From: Pristiophorus japonicus
Taxonomy: Eukaryota
Length of the DNA stretch: 64,000 bases
Direction: 5' to 3'
Assembly: GCF_044704955.1 (NCBI RefSeq)
Contig: NC_091977.1
Location: 200,322,001 to 200,386,000 of the forward strand
Below the pieces are notes generated by a model, which was given only the letters and a program-made list of their open reading frames with translations, ran no database searches and had not been told where the DNA came from. Both the position numbers and the translations under genes were made by a program. Shown here in pieces: positions 13,138 through 25,996 of the stretch. Numbering within the stretch: the stretch's first letter is position 1; every line of letters begins with the position of its first letter.

Positions 13138-13914
13138 TAATGCTCCCTGAGATTTAGTGGCCCACTGACATTCGAGGTCAATACTTATGTGAGCATTTAT
13201 TTGGATGAGGAGGCAGAAAGGGAGAAGGATGAGCAAAAACTGGAAAAAAATGTTCCTTTAACTGTTTTAGATTTGGATTCTGCTACAAATGATCTCATTC
13301 CAGACATAAGCTTATATGTCTGGAATGAGATAAGGCCATATGTGCTTGTCCCCATATCTGGCTGTTTTAGTCAGCATGCAACAACCCTTTCTTTCTCCAC
13401 TTGCTAGGCGAGGCAAAAAAACAGAGACCTGTAGGTAACTGAGGTGTCCTCTTTCAAAATTAATTTCCAATCCCTGATGGGAAAACAGGCAAGTCCCAGA
13501 AGCACCAAATCATTAGTTCCAGATTAATTTACCCCTACCTCCATATCAGCCTGTTTTCCAGAAATCTATTGCCTTCTTAAGGATTGTAAAGCCTTCACGC
13601 ACCTCCACTGCAATCCTGTTCCATAGGTCGATCATCCTCTGGGTAAAGTAAAACTTCTGGACATGCAACTTCACTCCCGACTTCCTCCGTTTATATATTC
13701 ATAACTCTTAGTTCTACCCAACCCCATCCCCCTAAGCACATGACATGCATATTGTTCTTGCCTTTAATAATTGTTAATAGCTGGATGAGATCCCCTCCAA
13801 GTCTCCAATTATTCAGTGAGTAACACCCAATACATCACATCTACCATCATAGTTCAATGATCTCAGGCCAGGGATCATTTTGTTGTCCTTCTCTGCATCT
13901 TCACCAAAGTCAAT

Positions 13915-14547
13915 GGGGCTGAAATTGGTGAAGGCCAAGGCCCACCCAAGTGCTGCCCAAACGATCACCGATGGCCGCCGAGAGACCGGGCGGTACTTTG
14001 CCAGGGAGATTCCTATAAAGGAGGTGACAGTACCACCCAGTGGCCAAATAACGGCTTACACCACCAATCTGGACAGCAGCAGGCGGGAGCTCTCAATCTC
14101 GGCGGCAAATGAGCTTGCCGCCGAAGATGGAGTTGGGCCCAGGGAGGGTGGAGGAGCTGAAAATAAAAATCATCATCAAAAAAAACCACCGGAACATCTT
14201 CAGGGGACTCCAGGTAAGTCGCTGTAAAAAAAAATGTTGAAGATGTTCTCTAAACTTTTTTTGCAGGTGTTCTTACATACCGTCGGGCTTAGAACAGCCT
14301 CCATGCAGTGGTTCTTTCCCCTGCTGGTGCCGACTCCCACCGACTCCGCCCGCACCAATCTGGCAGCTCGGCAGGCGGGAGGTCACTTATGCTACTTGGC
14401 CTCCAGCAGCCGTAAGCGGGCGGTTCCTGGCGGTACTCCCCTCCCGCCCGCTCTAGCCCAAGTGGAAACTGGCACAGAGGGGAGACCGGAGCCAAAATTC
14501 GACAGCAGTCGGTGGCAGTAGGCGGTAAGGCCACCGATTTCGGTGCC
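13915..14547. mobile_element. GC-rich MITE inserted in an old CR1 remnant
   Basis: Termini GGGGCTGAAATTGGTG ... CACCGATTTCGGTGCC. Decayed minus-strand CR1 sequence on both sides (~13560-13890 and ~14560-14860). Confidence 0.65.
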
Positions 14548-15051
14548 ATAAAGTCCTTCCTGAATTAATGGGTTCAAACCTGGACACAGTATTCCAATTG
14601 AGGACTTACCAAAGCCTTGTATGAATCTATTATTGTGGTCTTAAGGTGTAATGAATAGCCAGTCAGTAGCTGGGAGTCTGTTTGCCTTGGCTGGAGACTG
14701 CTGACACTGCACTTCAACGTTGAGGGTATGGTCAGTGCTCAGTGCCAAGCCATTCTCCCTCCCAGTTACCTCTAATTGACACTCACTCATGTTGCAGTCT
14801 ATGCTTTCATTAAGAGTGCCTATGTGCATAACTGCACAGTTGTCTATTGTAAAGGCCACACTGCCTGGATATTCATTCCAAAACTAGAACCACAATAAAA
14901 GGCTTACGCAATGCTTTGGTAAGATCTCATTTGTTTCCAGCTTTGAACCCTGCCAATCTTGGGTTCACTTCTCTGCTCTATCCAAGTTCATGTGGTGGAA
15001 TACAAAATTAGGGCCCCAAAATTGCATTCCGCACCATATGGGAATGGTAAC

Positions 15052-15243
15052 TGTCATGTATGTACTTTTGGGATCACTAGCCACTAGATGGCGTCACTGT
15101 TGGAGGTCATTGGGCTGCACGCACGTGTATAAAAGGCCAGCCATTTTGTATATTCGGCACTTTGGGCCTTAATAAAGCAGAGCCAAGGTCATACCTCTTG
15201 GAGTTAAACAGTACTCAGTCTAATAGTTATTGCATACACAACA
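15052..15243 (+). mobile_element. Solo LTR (192 bp), Gypsy-like
   Basis: TGTCATGT...ACAACA flanked by exact 5-bp TSD GTAAC (15047..15051 and 15244..15248). Contains TATAAAA and AATAAA and shares CAGTACTCAGT with the LTR at 2190. Confidence 0.88.
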
Positions 15244-15279
15244 GTAACTGCCATGAGGCGGGAGTTCCTGCGCCAGGAT

Positions 15280-15465
15280 TAATTGAGGTGAATAGCATAG
15301 ATGCATTTAAGGGGAAGCTAGATAAGCTCATGAAAGACAAAGGAATAGAAAGATATTCAGATAGGGTTAGATGAAATAGGGTGGGAAGAGGCTTATGTGG
15401 AGCATAAACACTGGCATAGACCAGTTGGGCCGAATGGCCTGTTTCTGTGTTGTAAATTCTATGTA
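15280..15465 (+). mobile_element. CR1 LINE 3' end fragment
   Basis: EVNSIDAFKGKLDK coding tail and CR1 3' UTR (GGGCCGAATGGCCTG...TTCTATG). Confidence 0.8.
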
Positions 15466-17959
15466 ATTTGCTATTTATTTTGTTGTCACAACTTTGGCAC
15501 ACAATTTGGTGTCATCTGGAATTTTAATTACTGTACAGGGTACTACCTATGTCCTCCTTTAGATCAGTAATGATTAGATATTGAATAGAAAGTTACCCAG
15601 CACTGAATTATGAGGCAAACTATTTAAGACCAGACCCTATGGTGGGGTCCACAATGCTGAGAGCGAATTTGTGACTAGAGTCCGGCCCAAACGAGGCCAA
15701 CTGTGTTAGAGGAGGCTCGGCCAGGGGAGGACTCCCACCAGGGGGTTCCCTCCAACCTGACCTGGCAGAATAACAGCAGCTGTTACGCCTGCAAAATTAG
15801 GCTTACTGGCAGTTGCAGGGGCACAAGGTGGTCCAGGCATGGATCATGGTCTAGAGCGCCAAAGAAAATGGGGCAAGCTCATGGCTCGATTGGTCTCCTT
15901 TACAACGGGGCCTTTAGTCACGTCGAGATTTGAAACTGTGGCTGGGCTGCTGCTGTTCACACAGGTGACACACCTCTGCTGCACTTGCTACCTCCCCCGC
16001 TATCGTGAGTACCTGCAATGTACCCCGAGTGGCATGGTCAGCAATATTTAAATAAGGTGATCTCTCCCTGACCTCTCATACTCTGGCAAGGTCAGGAATG
16101 AAGGTCGCTGGCAGGAACATCCCAGCATTTAGATTGGAACGTCAGCCTTGCGGATTTACGCCCCCATTCTTTCATGCAACAATGAAATGGCCGTATCTGT
16201 TAATGAGGTTCTTAAACAAAATGCATTGCTCAGTCCAGCAAGGAAAATACACGTCTCAGAACAGATGGTGACATTTTCAAGGGCCTGAGGCCATGTAATA
16301 TAAATGAAGGAATGATTTGAAGCTGAACCAAGTTTGTACATATCAGACCCTGTTGAAACCTTTGGAGTTCTATAAATGTAAAGCTCTGGTAACCTGGATT
16401 TGGACCCTTTCTGCCATTTGTGCACAAGAGGACAGTTAATAAAAGGTTATGAAATAGATGTTTGTATTTCACTGGTTAGGATAGCCCCACAACTCACGAG
16501 CAATAAACAACATGATTATTGTGTAAAGGGCAAACTACATTATACACTCTATATAGTTTATTTATACAGCCACAGACTTCAATCCTTGTTTTCTTATGAT
16601 AAAGAGTGAAGGCAGGTAAGCTGGTTCACAATATAGTAAGGAGCTCATTAAAGGTGAGAGCCAAGCTGCAGACTGTGCAGGTCCCTACCTGGACCATCAG
16701 GGAGTGGGGTGTCGTGTCATCAGCCCGGCGCGCAAGCAGAGTGCCGGGCTGCCAGATCGCAGCATGGAACCCATGTTCAAGGAGGCAATGGGCCCCGACA
16801 GGTAAGTCAGACAATTTTAGACTTACCCGCACGCCACCTCCCCTTTAAGTAGTGACCGGCCACCATGTATGGACCCCTTGAAGCTGTCGGTGGCATCGCC
16901 CTGCGAAGCTTCAGGGGGCGAACCAGAATTTTTGCTCCGGGGCAAAATTGGGTCGCTGCGCTGGGTGATGGCATTGTTTATGGTGGCGCAGCGGTGCGGG
17001 GCACTACTAGTTACCACCACCGCTAATCTCCCGCCGAATTTAGCAGGAGTCGTAAGCAGCGCTGCACCTAGGCAAAACATAATTTGCACCCTGTTACGGG
17101 AGTCACAAATGACCCCAATTTCTCCACCAATGTTTCTTGTCAGTTTACCAAATTTATGAAATGTTATGAATATTTTTTGGACAAAAATGGCATCCATTTT
17201 TCCCACTCCTTAAGGTAATAGTGGCCCTGAAATTTCTGTTGGGGATGGATTCTCCTGGTCTCCCACTGCAAGTCTGGTGGGAGAACAGCAGAACCTCCCA
17301 AAAAAGGGCAGAGACCCAGAGTTATCCAGTTACACTGAGCCTCTACTGCTTTAGGGGGGGGGGGGGCGCGGGGGTTCACCAGTCTCCCATAGAGTTACAG
17401 GGAGAATTGGAATAAGCCCATGACATTTTGAAGGCTTTGTTTTTAAAGTACCCCAAATACATTCTTTCATAGTTGAGGTGGTGCAAGATAATAGCATGGA
17501 GATCAACAGGCCTCAGAACATTTGACAGAGTTTGGCACATCTACCTGCTTAGGAAAACTAACTCAGCTGGGTATAGGTTATATGGAATTTACAGCACATT
17601 TGGTCCAACTGGTCTATGCAAATTTTTATGCTTCACACTAGTCTCCTCCCACTCTATTTACTTCATGTCACCCTATCACACATCCTTTGTTCACAGAATG
17701 GGGTTTGTCATCTGCAGCAAGGGACACTTGTAGTTCCTTCTCTGCTCTCTCGCTTTGCAAAGGTTAAAAACTGCTGTGATAATTTTCAGTCTCAAAAAAG
17801 GCTCCAATATTTTTATTCCCTTATAGCTGGCCACTTACTTATGGCCACATCCTTTGAACTTCAATCAGTAGCCTGCAAGAGTTCCAAATTTCCTTCCTTC
17901 TTTACCCTCCCTCAATCTGTGATCATCATGGATTAGGCAGCTGCATAACTAGAACAATG

Positions 17960-18232
17960 GGTACAGTGGCCTGATAGTTATGGCGATAGACTAGTAAACC
18001 AGAGGTTGTGAGTCCACCATGGTAAATTGGGAAATTAAGTTAATTAAATCTGGTAATTTGTGGGCTGGTACCAGATAAAATAACCATGAAAGCTGCTGGA
18101 CTGTTGTAAAAATCCAACTGATATGCTTCAGTGAAGGGAAGCTACCACCCCAACTCAGTCTGGCTGACATGTGACTCCAGTTCCATGATTGACTGTTAAT
18201 GCTCTAAGGGTAACTAGGGAAGTTCAATAGAT
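17960..18232 (+). mobile_element. Decayed SINE with 3' tail resembling that of the LINE at 33075..34575
   Basis: Body ...GTCTGGCTGACATGTGACTCCAG... (related fragment at ~28560..28710). Tail AAGGGTAACTAGGGAAGTTCAATAGAT resembles LINE tail AAGGGCAATTAGGGATAGGCAATAAAT. Confidence 0.55.
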
Positions 18233-19257
18233 TCACATGTTTACAGAGCTTTAGATAGATAATTCAAAACTTTATCAGCTTATAAGTTAATACCTGTGGA
18301 TTTCTGCAAGTACTTTTTCACCATATATGAAGAGAAATGCAAATGCTGTACTATTCAGCTGTGAGTATAAAGGATGCAGAATTCCTAGTGACCTATATAT
18401 CGCTGTGTAACAAGTGCCACTGAAAATATAGCTATAATCCAATAATTGGATCAACAGGTATTAGTCACTAAAGGTGACTTAAGGTCAATAGAGGGTCAAC
18501 ATGTTTTTTGTTTAATGAAAAAAATCCATTTAATGGACCCGTTTCCAAGTTACTGGTAAGCTCAAGGAATTAATTCAAGTGCTATTATTGATCTCTGCTC
18601 CAATCTCGGTATCCTGGAGTAGGTTTAATACTCTCACTTGGGGATGTACTTCCCTTGATCTGGGATATCTGGTATCCACCAGCTTACTCAATGAAAACAT
18701 CAGTTATCGACGCGTAACACTAGTTGTGTAAAGAATACAAATTATACACTTCATTTAGGAATTGACATCACAGAGTTCAGAACAAAAAATGCTTTTATTC
18801 ATTATACACCATGCTTTTTGTACATAAATAATCAAAATGGTTGTGAATGCTGATATAATATAATGATTGTGACTACCTAACTACATAATTTTATGGCAAC
18901 TGTCCTCAATAAGTCAATATGACAAAGAGGAGTTTTATCATCAGTAACCTTTTAAAAATCAGTTAGAAGTAATTAAAATTTACTCTAAACTCCTTCTCAT
19001 CCCCATCCAATTTTGAATGTTTTTGCTTAAACAATAAGTACAGATGAAATCATGGGGGAGGGGAGATTCTAACTGCATTGAGTAATTGAGCATGACAGTG
19101 TGAGGGAGCTTGATTAACACAAACGAAAGACTATAATCCTTAAAGTACACTAGGTTAATGGCCAAGTCTACTGATGTTAATTCATGCCCCTCACAGTCAA
19201 TCTAAGTAAATCCTTTCAGCAAGTACCCTCAGTGATGTTGTCCGCACTCACCATTCA

Positions 19258-20340
19258 ACAATCAACAACAACTTGCATTTATATAGTGCCTTTAATGTAG
19301 TAAAACATCCCAAGATGCTTCACAGGAGCATTATAAAACAAGATTTGACACTGAGCTACATAAGGAAATATTAGGGCACTTGGTCAAGGAGCATCTTAAA
19401 GGAGGAAAGAGAGGTAGAGATGCGGAGAGGCTTAGGGAATGCATTCCAGAGCTTAGGGCCTTGGCAGCTGAAAGTATAGCTGCCAATGGTGGAGCGATTA
19501 AAATCGGGAATGCTTAAGAGGCCAGAATTAGAGGAGCGCTGATATTTCGCACAGTTGTGGAGCTAGAGGAGATTACAGAGATAGGGAGGGGCGTGGCCAT
19601 GGAGGATTTGAAAACAAGGATGAGAATTTTAAAATCAAGCCTGTGTAGGTCAGTGAGCACAGGGATGGTGGGTGAACGGGATTTGGTGCGAGTTGCACCA
19701 AGTTCGAGTTAGGACACAATCAGTGGAGTTTTAGATGATGTCCCAAAGTGCTTTACAGCCAATGAAGTACTTTTGAAGTGTAGTCACTGTTGTAATGTAG
19801 GAAATGCAGCAGCCAATTTGTGCACAGCAAGCTCCCACAAACAGCAATGTGAAAATGACCAGATAATCTGTTTTTGTTATGTTAATTGAGGGATAGATAC
19901 TGACCAAGACCAGAGATAACTCCCCTGCTCTTCTTTGAAATAGTGCCATGGAATCTTTTATGTCCACCTGAGAGAGCAGACAGGGCCTCGGTTTAACGTC
20001 TCATCCGAAAGACGGCACCTCAGTGCAATATTCCCTCAATGGAGTGTCAGCCTAGATTTTTGTGCTCAAGTCTCTGGAGTGGGACTCGAACCCACAACCT
20101 TCTGACTCAGAGGCGAGAGCCATGGCTGACACGGTCAAGGGTAGAACGTGGGAGGCTAGCCAGGAGTGCATTAGAATAGTCAAGCCTAGATAGAAAGAAA
20201 GAAAGAAAGACTTGCATTTATACAGCGCCTTTCACCACTACCGGATGTTTCAAAGCGCTTTACAGCCAATGAAGTACTTTTTGAAGTGTAGTCACTGTTG
20301 TAAGAGGTAACAAAGGCATGGATGTGGAGATGGAGTCATG
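19258..20340 (-). mobile_element. L2-clade LINE 3' part, interrupted by DeuSINE insertions
   Basis: Reverse-strand 3' tail ...GGCACTATATAAATGCAAGTTGTTGTTG and L2-type ORF2 C-terminal sequence that resumes after 20133. Confidence 0.72.
19737..20132 (-). mobile_element. tRNA-derived DeuSINE (SacSINE1-like)
   Basis: Minus strand has B-box GGTTCGAGTCC, then Deu-domain core GGTGCCGTCTTTCGGATGAGACGTTAAACCGAGGCCCTGTCTGCTCTCTCAGGTGGAC..AAAAGATTCCATGGCACTATTTC. Confidence 0.85.
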
Positions 20341-20829
20341 AGATGGACAGAAAGAAGTGGTTTTAAAGTTAACCATAATGCTGTGAAATTATTTTGCTTA
20401 ATATACACAAGCCTAGATTTTCATTTTTTTCAAAAAATGGGAAAATTGACTGTTTTTCAACTTAATTTAAGACCAACTATTGAAATCACATGGTTTTCAA
20501 ACCTGCCCTTTCTGTTAAATGCAAATGAAAATTAGCAGCCAGTCGTGATGCACCTGTAATAATGATCTCTTATTACTTCTTAAATAGTTAATGAGCCAGT
20601 TAAGTGGTGTAAATATCCATCAGTTTAGAAATTGAGCTATGGAGTACACAATGGTTGTGTATAATGGTAAGTGCCAGTTAAAACATCACTTTAACTAATA
20701 AACGCTGTATGTACAGGCAAACCTATTAATGGAGAAATACAAACAGATTTTTGGTTATGAGCGCGGCCCTCAAATGTGTAAATGTGGCCCTGACTGTGGC
20801 TGTATGTCACTGAAAGAGTGAACATGCTA

Positions 20830-21160
20830 TCAACAACAACTTACATTTATATAGTGTCTTTAACATAGAAAGAAAAGGCACAAGGCGCTTCACAGGAACG
20901 TAATCAGACAAAGGTTGACACCAAACCAAAGAAGGAGATATTGGGAAGGTTGACAAAAAAAAGATGGATTTTAAGGAGGGTCTTAAAGGGAGAGAGGGAA
21001 ATGGAGAGATGGAGTGGTTTAGGGAGGGAATTCCAGAGCTTATGATCTAGATGGCTGAAGGCACGGCCACAAATGGTGGGATGAAGATAGTAACACAGAG
21101 TTCTCACAGGGCTGAAGAAGGTTACAGAAATGTGGAGACCATGAAATGATTTGAATACGA
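20830..21160 (-). mobile_element. L2-clade LINE 3' fragment
   Basis: GRAFSHLDHKLWNSLP...FKTLLK C-terminus and (TTG)n tail. Confidence 0.75.
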
Positions 21161-22063
21161 GGTGTCAACTATTCAGAGTATCAAGGTGGAGGTGTAAAGA
21201 AGTTGCATGTCTTACAGATGATAAAAGGTAAGGTGCTGATATGACTGTAAGGTGGCAACATAGGACATATAAGAAAGTAGCAATAGATACATTCAAATCT
21301 ATTATACTGACACATAGAAATGTTAGTAAGGATGCAATCGGGAAAGCGAAATTAATAGGATTATACAAAGCATGATGGCAAAGATGATATATTGCAGGAA
21401 AGTATTTCCAAGGGACTATTCCCCTTGTACAATCTCCATCGCTCTTATGTTTAAAAGTAAAGGTCACATATAGTGGAGGGCATAGCATGGAAAAGGCGGT
21501 GGATCCTATGATATGAAAGAGCTGATACAAAATAAAGAAGGATTAATTGATTTATTTGGCAGAGTGAGTCTGGAAGGGATTGGGACAATGGAGCTGCAGA
21601 GAACTACTGATATTTACTATGTTTATTATACATTCTATAATATACAAACTATGTTAAATCAAGACGTTTGTATACACTGTGCACAAACACACAATGTTGC
21701 GTGTAATAGTGATGTAGTACTCAAATGTCTACTTATGAACATATACCCCATGTGCTCTTTTTTCAAATCAAGTAGTGCCGAGTGGTTGACCAAGTGCATC
21801 AAAAGGGCATCATTCTCCTGAGATCCAACCATCACTACTTTCACTTGAAGCAGGCACTAGCACAGATACGGACACCACAAGAGGAGATCATAGTGATGCA
21901 CAGAGTGAAGTACTGAGCACTGGTAATGAAGAAATAGTAATGAAGGGGATTTATGAGGTGTCAGCTGCTAAGTGCATCTCCAGACCTGTATGGGGATAAA
22001 CATCTCAATGGGTTTGTTTTCGAATGGAGTCTTCAATACCCTGTACTGTACTTTCCCTGTTCA

Positions 22064-22719
22064 CATGTTGGCCTTCATAGCTAGAGGATTTGAGTATTGG
22101 AGCAGGGAGGACTTACTGCAGTTGTACAGGGCCTTGGTGAGGCCACACCTGGAATATTGTGTTCAGTTTTTGTCTCCTAATCTGAGGAAGGACGTTCTTG
22201 CTATTGAGGGAGTACAGCGAAGGTTCACCAGATTGATTTCCGGGATGGCAAGACTGACATATGAGGAGAGACTGGATCAACTGGGCTTGTATCCACTGGA
22301 GTTTAGAAGGATGAGAGGGGATCTCATAGAAACATATAAAATTCTGATGGGATTGGACAGGTTAGAGACAGGAAGAATGTTCCCGTTGCTGGGAAGTTCT
22401 AGAACCAGGGGTCACAGTCTAAGAATAAGGGGTAAGCCATTTAGGACCGAGATGAGGAGAAACTTCTTCACTCAGAGAGTGGTTAACCTGTGAAATTCTC
22501 TACCGCAGAAAGTTGTTGAGGCCAGTTTGTTAGATATATTCAAAAGGGAGTTAAATATGTCCCTTACGGCCAAAGGGATCAAGGGTTATGGAGAGAAAGC
22601 AGGAAAGGGGTACTGAGGTTGAATGATCAGCTATGATCTTATTGGATGGTGGTGCAGGCTCGAAGGGCCGAATGGCCTGCTCCTGCACCTAATTTCTATG
22701 TTTCTATGTTTCTATGTTT
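22064..22719 (+). mobile_element. CR1 LINE 3' fragment
   Basis: LAFIARGFEY..LLQLYRALVRPHLEYCVQF...TRGHSLRIRGKPFRTEMRRNFFTQRVVNL; (TTTCTATG)n tail. Confidence 0.93.
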
Positions 22720-22887
22720 CACACTACATTGGTTCAGGTACTGTGGGGGATTCAGCACCCAGATAGTCATTACCATCTCTCATGTGAGTGAAGCCATGAA
22801 GCAGTAACTTTACTCACTGTGGTCTGCCATTGAACAAAGGGGCAACACTGGTGGAATATTCACTGGAGACCCCAATTACACAGACAT

Positions 22888-23828
22888 AGATAAGTTTGCT
22901 GATGATACAAAGATGGGAGGAAAAGCAATGTGTGAGGAGGACACAAAAAATCTGCAAAAGGACATAGACAGCCTAAGTGAATGAACAAAAATTTGGCAGA
23001 TGGAGTATAATGGTGGAAAGTGTGAGGTTATGCACTTTGGCAGAAAAAATCAAAGAGAAAGTTATTATTTAAATGGAGAAAGATTGAAAAGTGCCGTAGT
23101 ACAGCGGGACCTGGGGGTATTTGTGCATGAAACACAAAAGGTTAGTATGCAGGTACAGCAAGTGATCAGGAAGGCCAATGGAATCTTGGTCTTTATTGCA
23201 AAGGGGATGGAGTCTAAAAGCAGAGAAGTCTTGCTACAGTTATACAGGGTATTGGTGAGGCCACACCTGGTATACTGCGTGCAGTTTTGGTTTCCATATT
23301 TACGAAAGGATATATTTTCATTGAAGGCTGTTCAGAGAAGGTTCACTAGGTTGATTCCAGAGATGAGGAGGTTGACTTATGAGGAAAGGTTGAGTCGGTT
23401 GGGTCTCTGGAATTCAGAAGAATGAGAGGTGATCTTATCGAAACATATAAGATTATGAGGGGGCTTGACAAGGTGGATGCAGAGAGAATGTTTCCACTGA
23501 TGGGGGGAGACTAGAACTAGGGACATAATCTTAGAATAAGGGTCCGCCCATTTAAAATTGAGATGAGGAGAAATTTATTTGCCCAGAGGATTGTAAATCT
23601 GTGGAATTTGCTGCCTCAGAGAGCTGTGGAAGCTGAGACATTAAATAAATTTAAGAAAGAGATGACAGTTTCTTAACCGAGAAGGGAATAAGGGGTTATG
23701 GGGAGCGGGCGGGGAAGTGGACCTGAGTCCATGATCGGATCAGCCAAGATCGTATTAAATAGCGGAGTAGGCTCGAAGGGCTGTATGGCCTACTCCTGCT
23801 CCTATTTCTTATGTTCTTTTGTTCTTAT
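22888..23828 (+). mobile_element. CR1 LINE 3' fragment (second subfamily)
   Basis: KFADDTK..KCEVMHFGRKN..RDLGV..LVRPHL; (TTCTTATG)-like tail. Confidence 0.92.
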
Positions 23829-24667
23829 ACTCCCACTCGAAGCTGAAAGATGTAGTCATGCCTGGTGTCAACTTTGTTTGAAGAACAGTTACAACCCTCC
23901 ATGAGGGACACATTCGGAGACACCTTTTTTTACCCTCAGATTGATTAGTGGACATTGTGCATAGATACTTTCCAGCAATGATACGCATAAAGTTACACAT
24001 GTATTGAATTCATGCCAGATGACGAAAAGCTGCTGTCGGAGAGGAATATTTAGAGAACAGTGCCAAGCACCATGAACTCGCCCCTGAAGTGCCCTTTTGA
24101 GACTGGTGATTAGGATTTTGTTTGAGGCACACATTGGTATTCCAGAGCGCAGATGTGGATTTTTGATAAAAAGGGGAAGCAGCTGCAAGAAGGGAGAGAT
24201 CCAGCTCCATCAATCTATCACTCAGTAAACAGGAGCAAGAGCTGAGCCTCATAATGGGCATGGCTCAGATGCAGATCTGAATTAAGCACTTGGTGATGAA
24301 TCAGCCTGGTATAAGACATCTAAAATATCGAGGAGGCTGACACAATGCATGCTGCCCTGTGTAAGTCCTTTATTTACACCAATGGTGGATTGTATAATAG
24401 CCAGCTTGGCTAATTAATGGAAACCTACAAGGTAAACCCTGTCACTGGAGGCAGGAATTCAGCCCAATTGGCTCCAGATAACTCAACAAGCTAAAGCCTA
24501 ATGAGTAGGGTGGACAAGAAGCAGGAAGTTCTTGTGATTTAGTGCTCTAAATCATCAAACTGTATGGTGTTGCAATAGACCTGCTGCCTGGGGTAATAAA
24601 TTCTGTGAGGCTGCACCTTTTACCTCCTCTGCACACCTGGGTTGACTTCTCTTCCTGCTCCACAGTC

Positions 24668-25115
24668 ACCATCATCATCATAGGAGGTCCCTCAAACGAG
24701 GATGACTTGCTTCCACATGAGTTCACAGATGTTTCAATGAAGGATCTGATGTACCAGTCCTGAACTCCAATTGAAGGGGTGGAAGATGCCTGTGCGTAGA
24801 CTGGAGACCAGTTCTGCTGCACGGACCTAGTGCGCACACATATTGCAGTGTGGGCTGGCCCGTGCTGCCCCTGGGCCCTCGGCTCTTCTGGGCCCCGTAC
24901 CTTGATTTGCCGCACCTCTGCCACGATCTCTCGCCGTTCCTCTGCCACAAACATTCGCTGCATCTCTGCCACGATCTACCTCCGCACCAAGCATTCGCCG
25001 CACCTCTGCCATGTCCTTCCCGCTCCTTTGCTTTACCAGGGCACCACCGATGCTCCTGCCCACGCTTCAAACAGCGACCTGGGTCCTGATGACGTCACCC
25101 AGTTGCCCACCTCCA
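24668..25115 (-). mobile_element. Non-autonomous RTE-tailed retroelement (SINE-like) with internal CCTCTGCCAC repeats
   Basis: Minus-strand 3' end GTGGAAGCAAGTCATCCTCGTTTGAGGGACCTCCTATGATGATGATG matches the RTE LINE tails at 10130 and 28155. A second copy lies at 57876..58114. Confidence 0.75.
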
Positions 25116-25262
25116 CAATAATCTATTATCAATGGCCACTGCACCCTCCTCTCAGGCAGAAAACTCATCTGCACTATTAACTTCTTTCACTGCTATGGTG
25201 ACACATCCAAATGTTCTCCTTCATTAAACTCACTCCAGCTCTGACCTGGAGCTAAATACCCA

Positions 25263-25899
25263 GGGCTAGAATTTCCATTGGCTTACCACCTAGTTTCTGG
25301 GAGTATTGGCCATTGTAGGCGATAACCAGGTGAGCGAGAAATTCCTTACCTGAGTTACGCAGCGGTTTCGAGGTACTGCTGGGGAGCAGACTGCTGGCGT
25401 GCATCGTCCTCAGATTGCCCCGGCACGATATTTGGCTCAGCAGTGACCCGTAGATAAGTTTTAAAAAACGAGAATTAGCGGAGCTGGGCGGTAGGTGAGT
25501 AGCTTTGCAAGACAAAGGTTAGTAATTGGATTTTTACTCATTATTTTTAAATTCTGTTGTGGTGATTTAGGTTAAAGGGGTCTGGAGAATGTTTTAATGA
25601 TTTTTTGTTCGGTTTTTTGAAGAAATATTTTTCGTGTTTTTCTGCTCCTGGGCCCAACCTGCAGCCTCAAGGTAAATTTTTCGTGAGTTTTTAATTTATC
25701 GCCCATTTTCTTTAGGAACCACCCAATCGACCCTAAATTCCATTTTTTCGCCATGAATCGGGGTGCAACGCCCATTTCTTTCGCTGGGCGGATTTCTTTT
25801 TGGGGGGGGGGGGAGTTTTCTTTGACGATAATCTTGGGAATCTTAGTGGTCTTTTGGGCGGCAATCGGACGCTGGCGGGCTGATAGGAAATTCTAGCTG
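25263..25899. mobile_element. GC-rich MITE
   Basis: TIRs GGGCTAGAATTTCC ... GGAAATTCTAGCTG. Confidence 0.68.
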
Positions 25900-25996
25900 C
25901 AGAATGTCACATGATTGCATCACTTAATGATTTTCACAAATTACTAAGTAAAACTTGGCTTTTAAATTACTTTTCACTAATACTGGTCAACCCATT

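Noticed and set aside
20060-20132. tRNA gene suggested by B-box GGTTCGAGTCC
   Set aside because: It is the tRNA-derived head of a SINE; no complete cloverleaf.
23850-24550. Possible decayed coding sequence
   Set aside because: No frame gave a motif I could recognise.
24547-25180. Overlapping ORFs and short repeats resembling a CRISPR array or repeat protein
   Set aside because: Irregular degenerate repeats inside a retroelement in a vertebrate context; no constant repeat-spacer structure and no cas genes.
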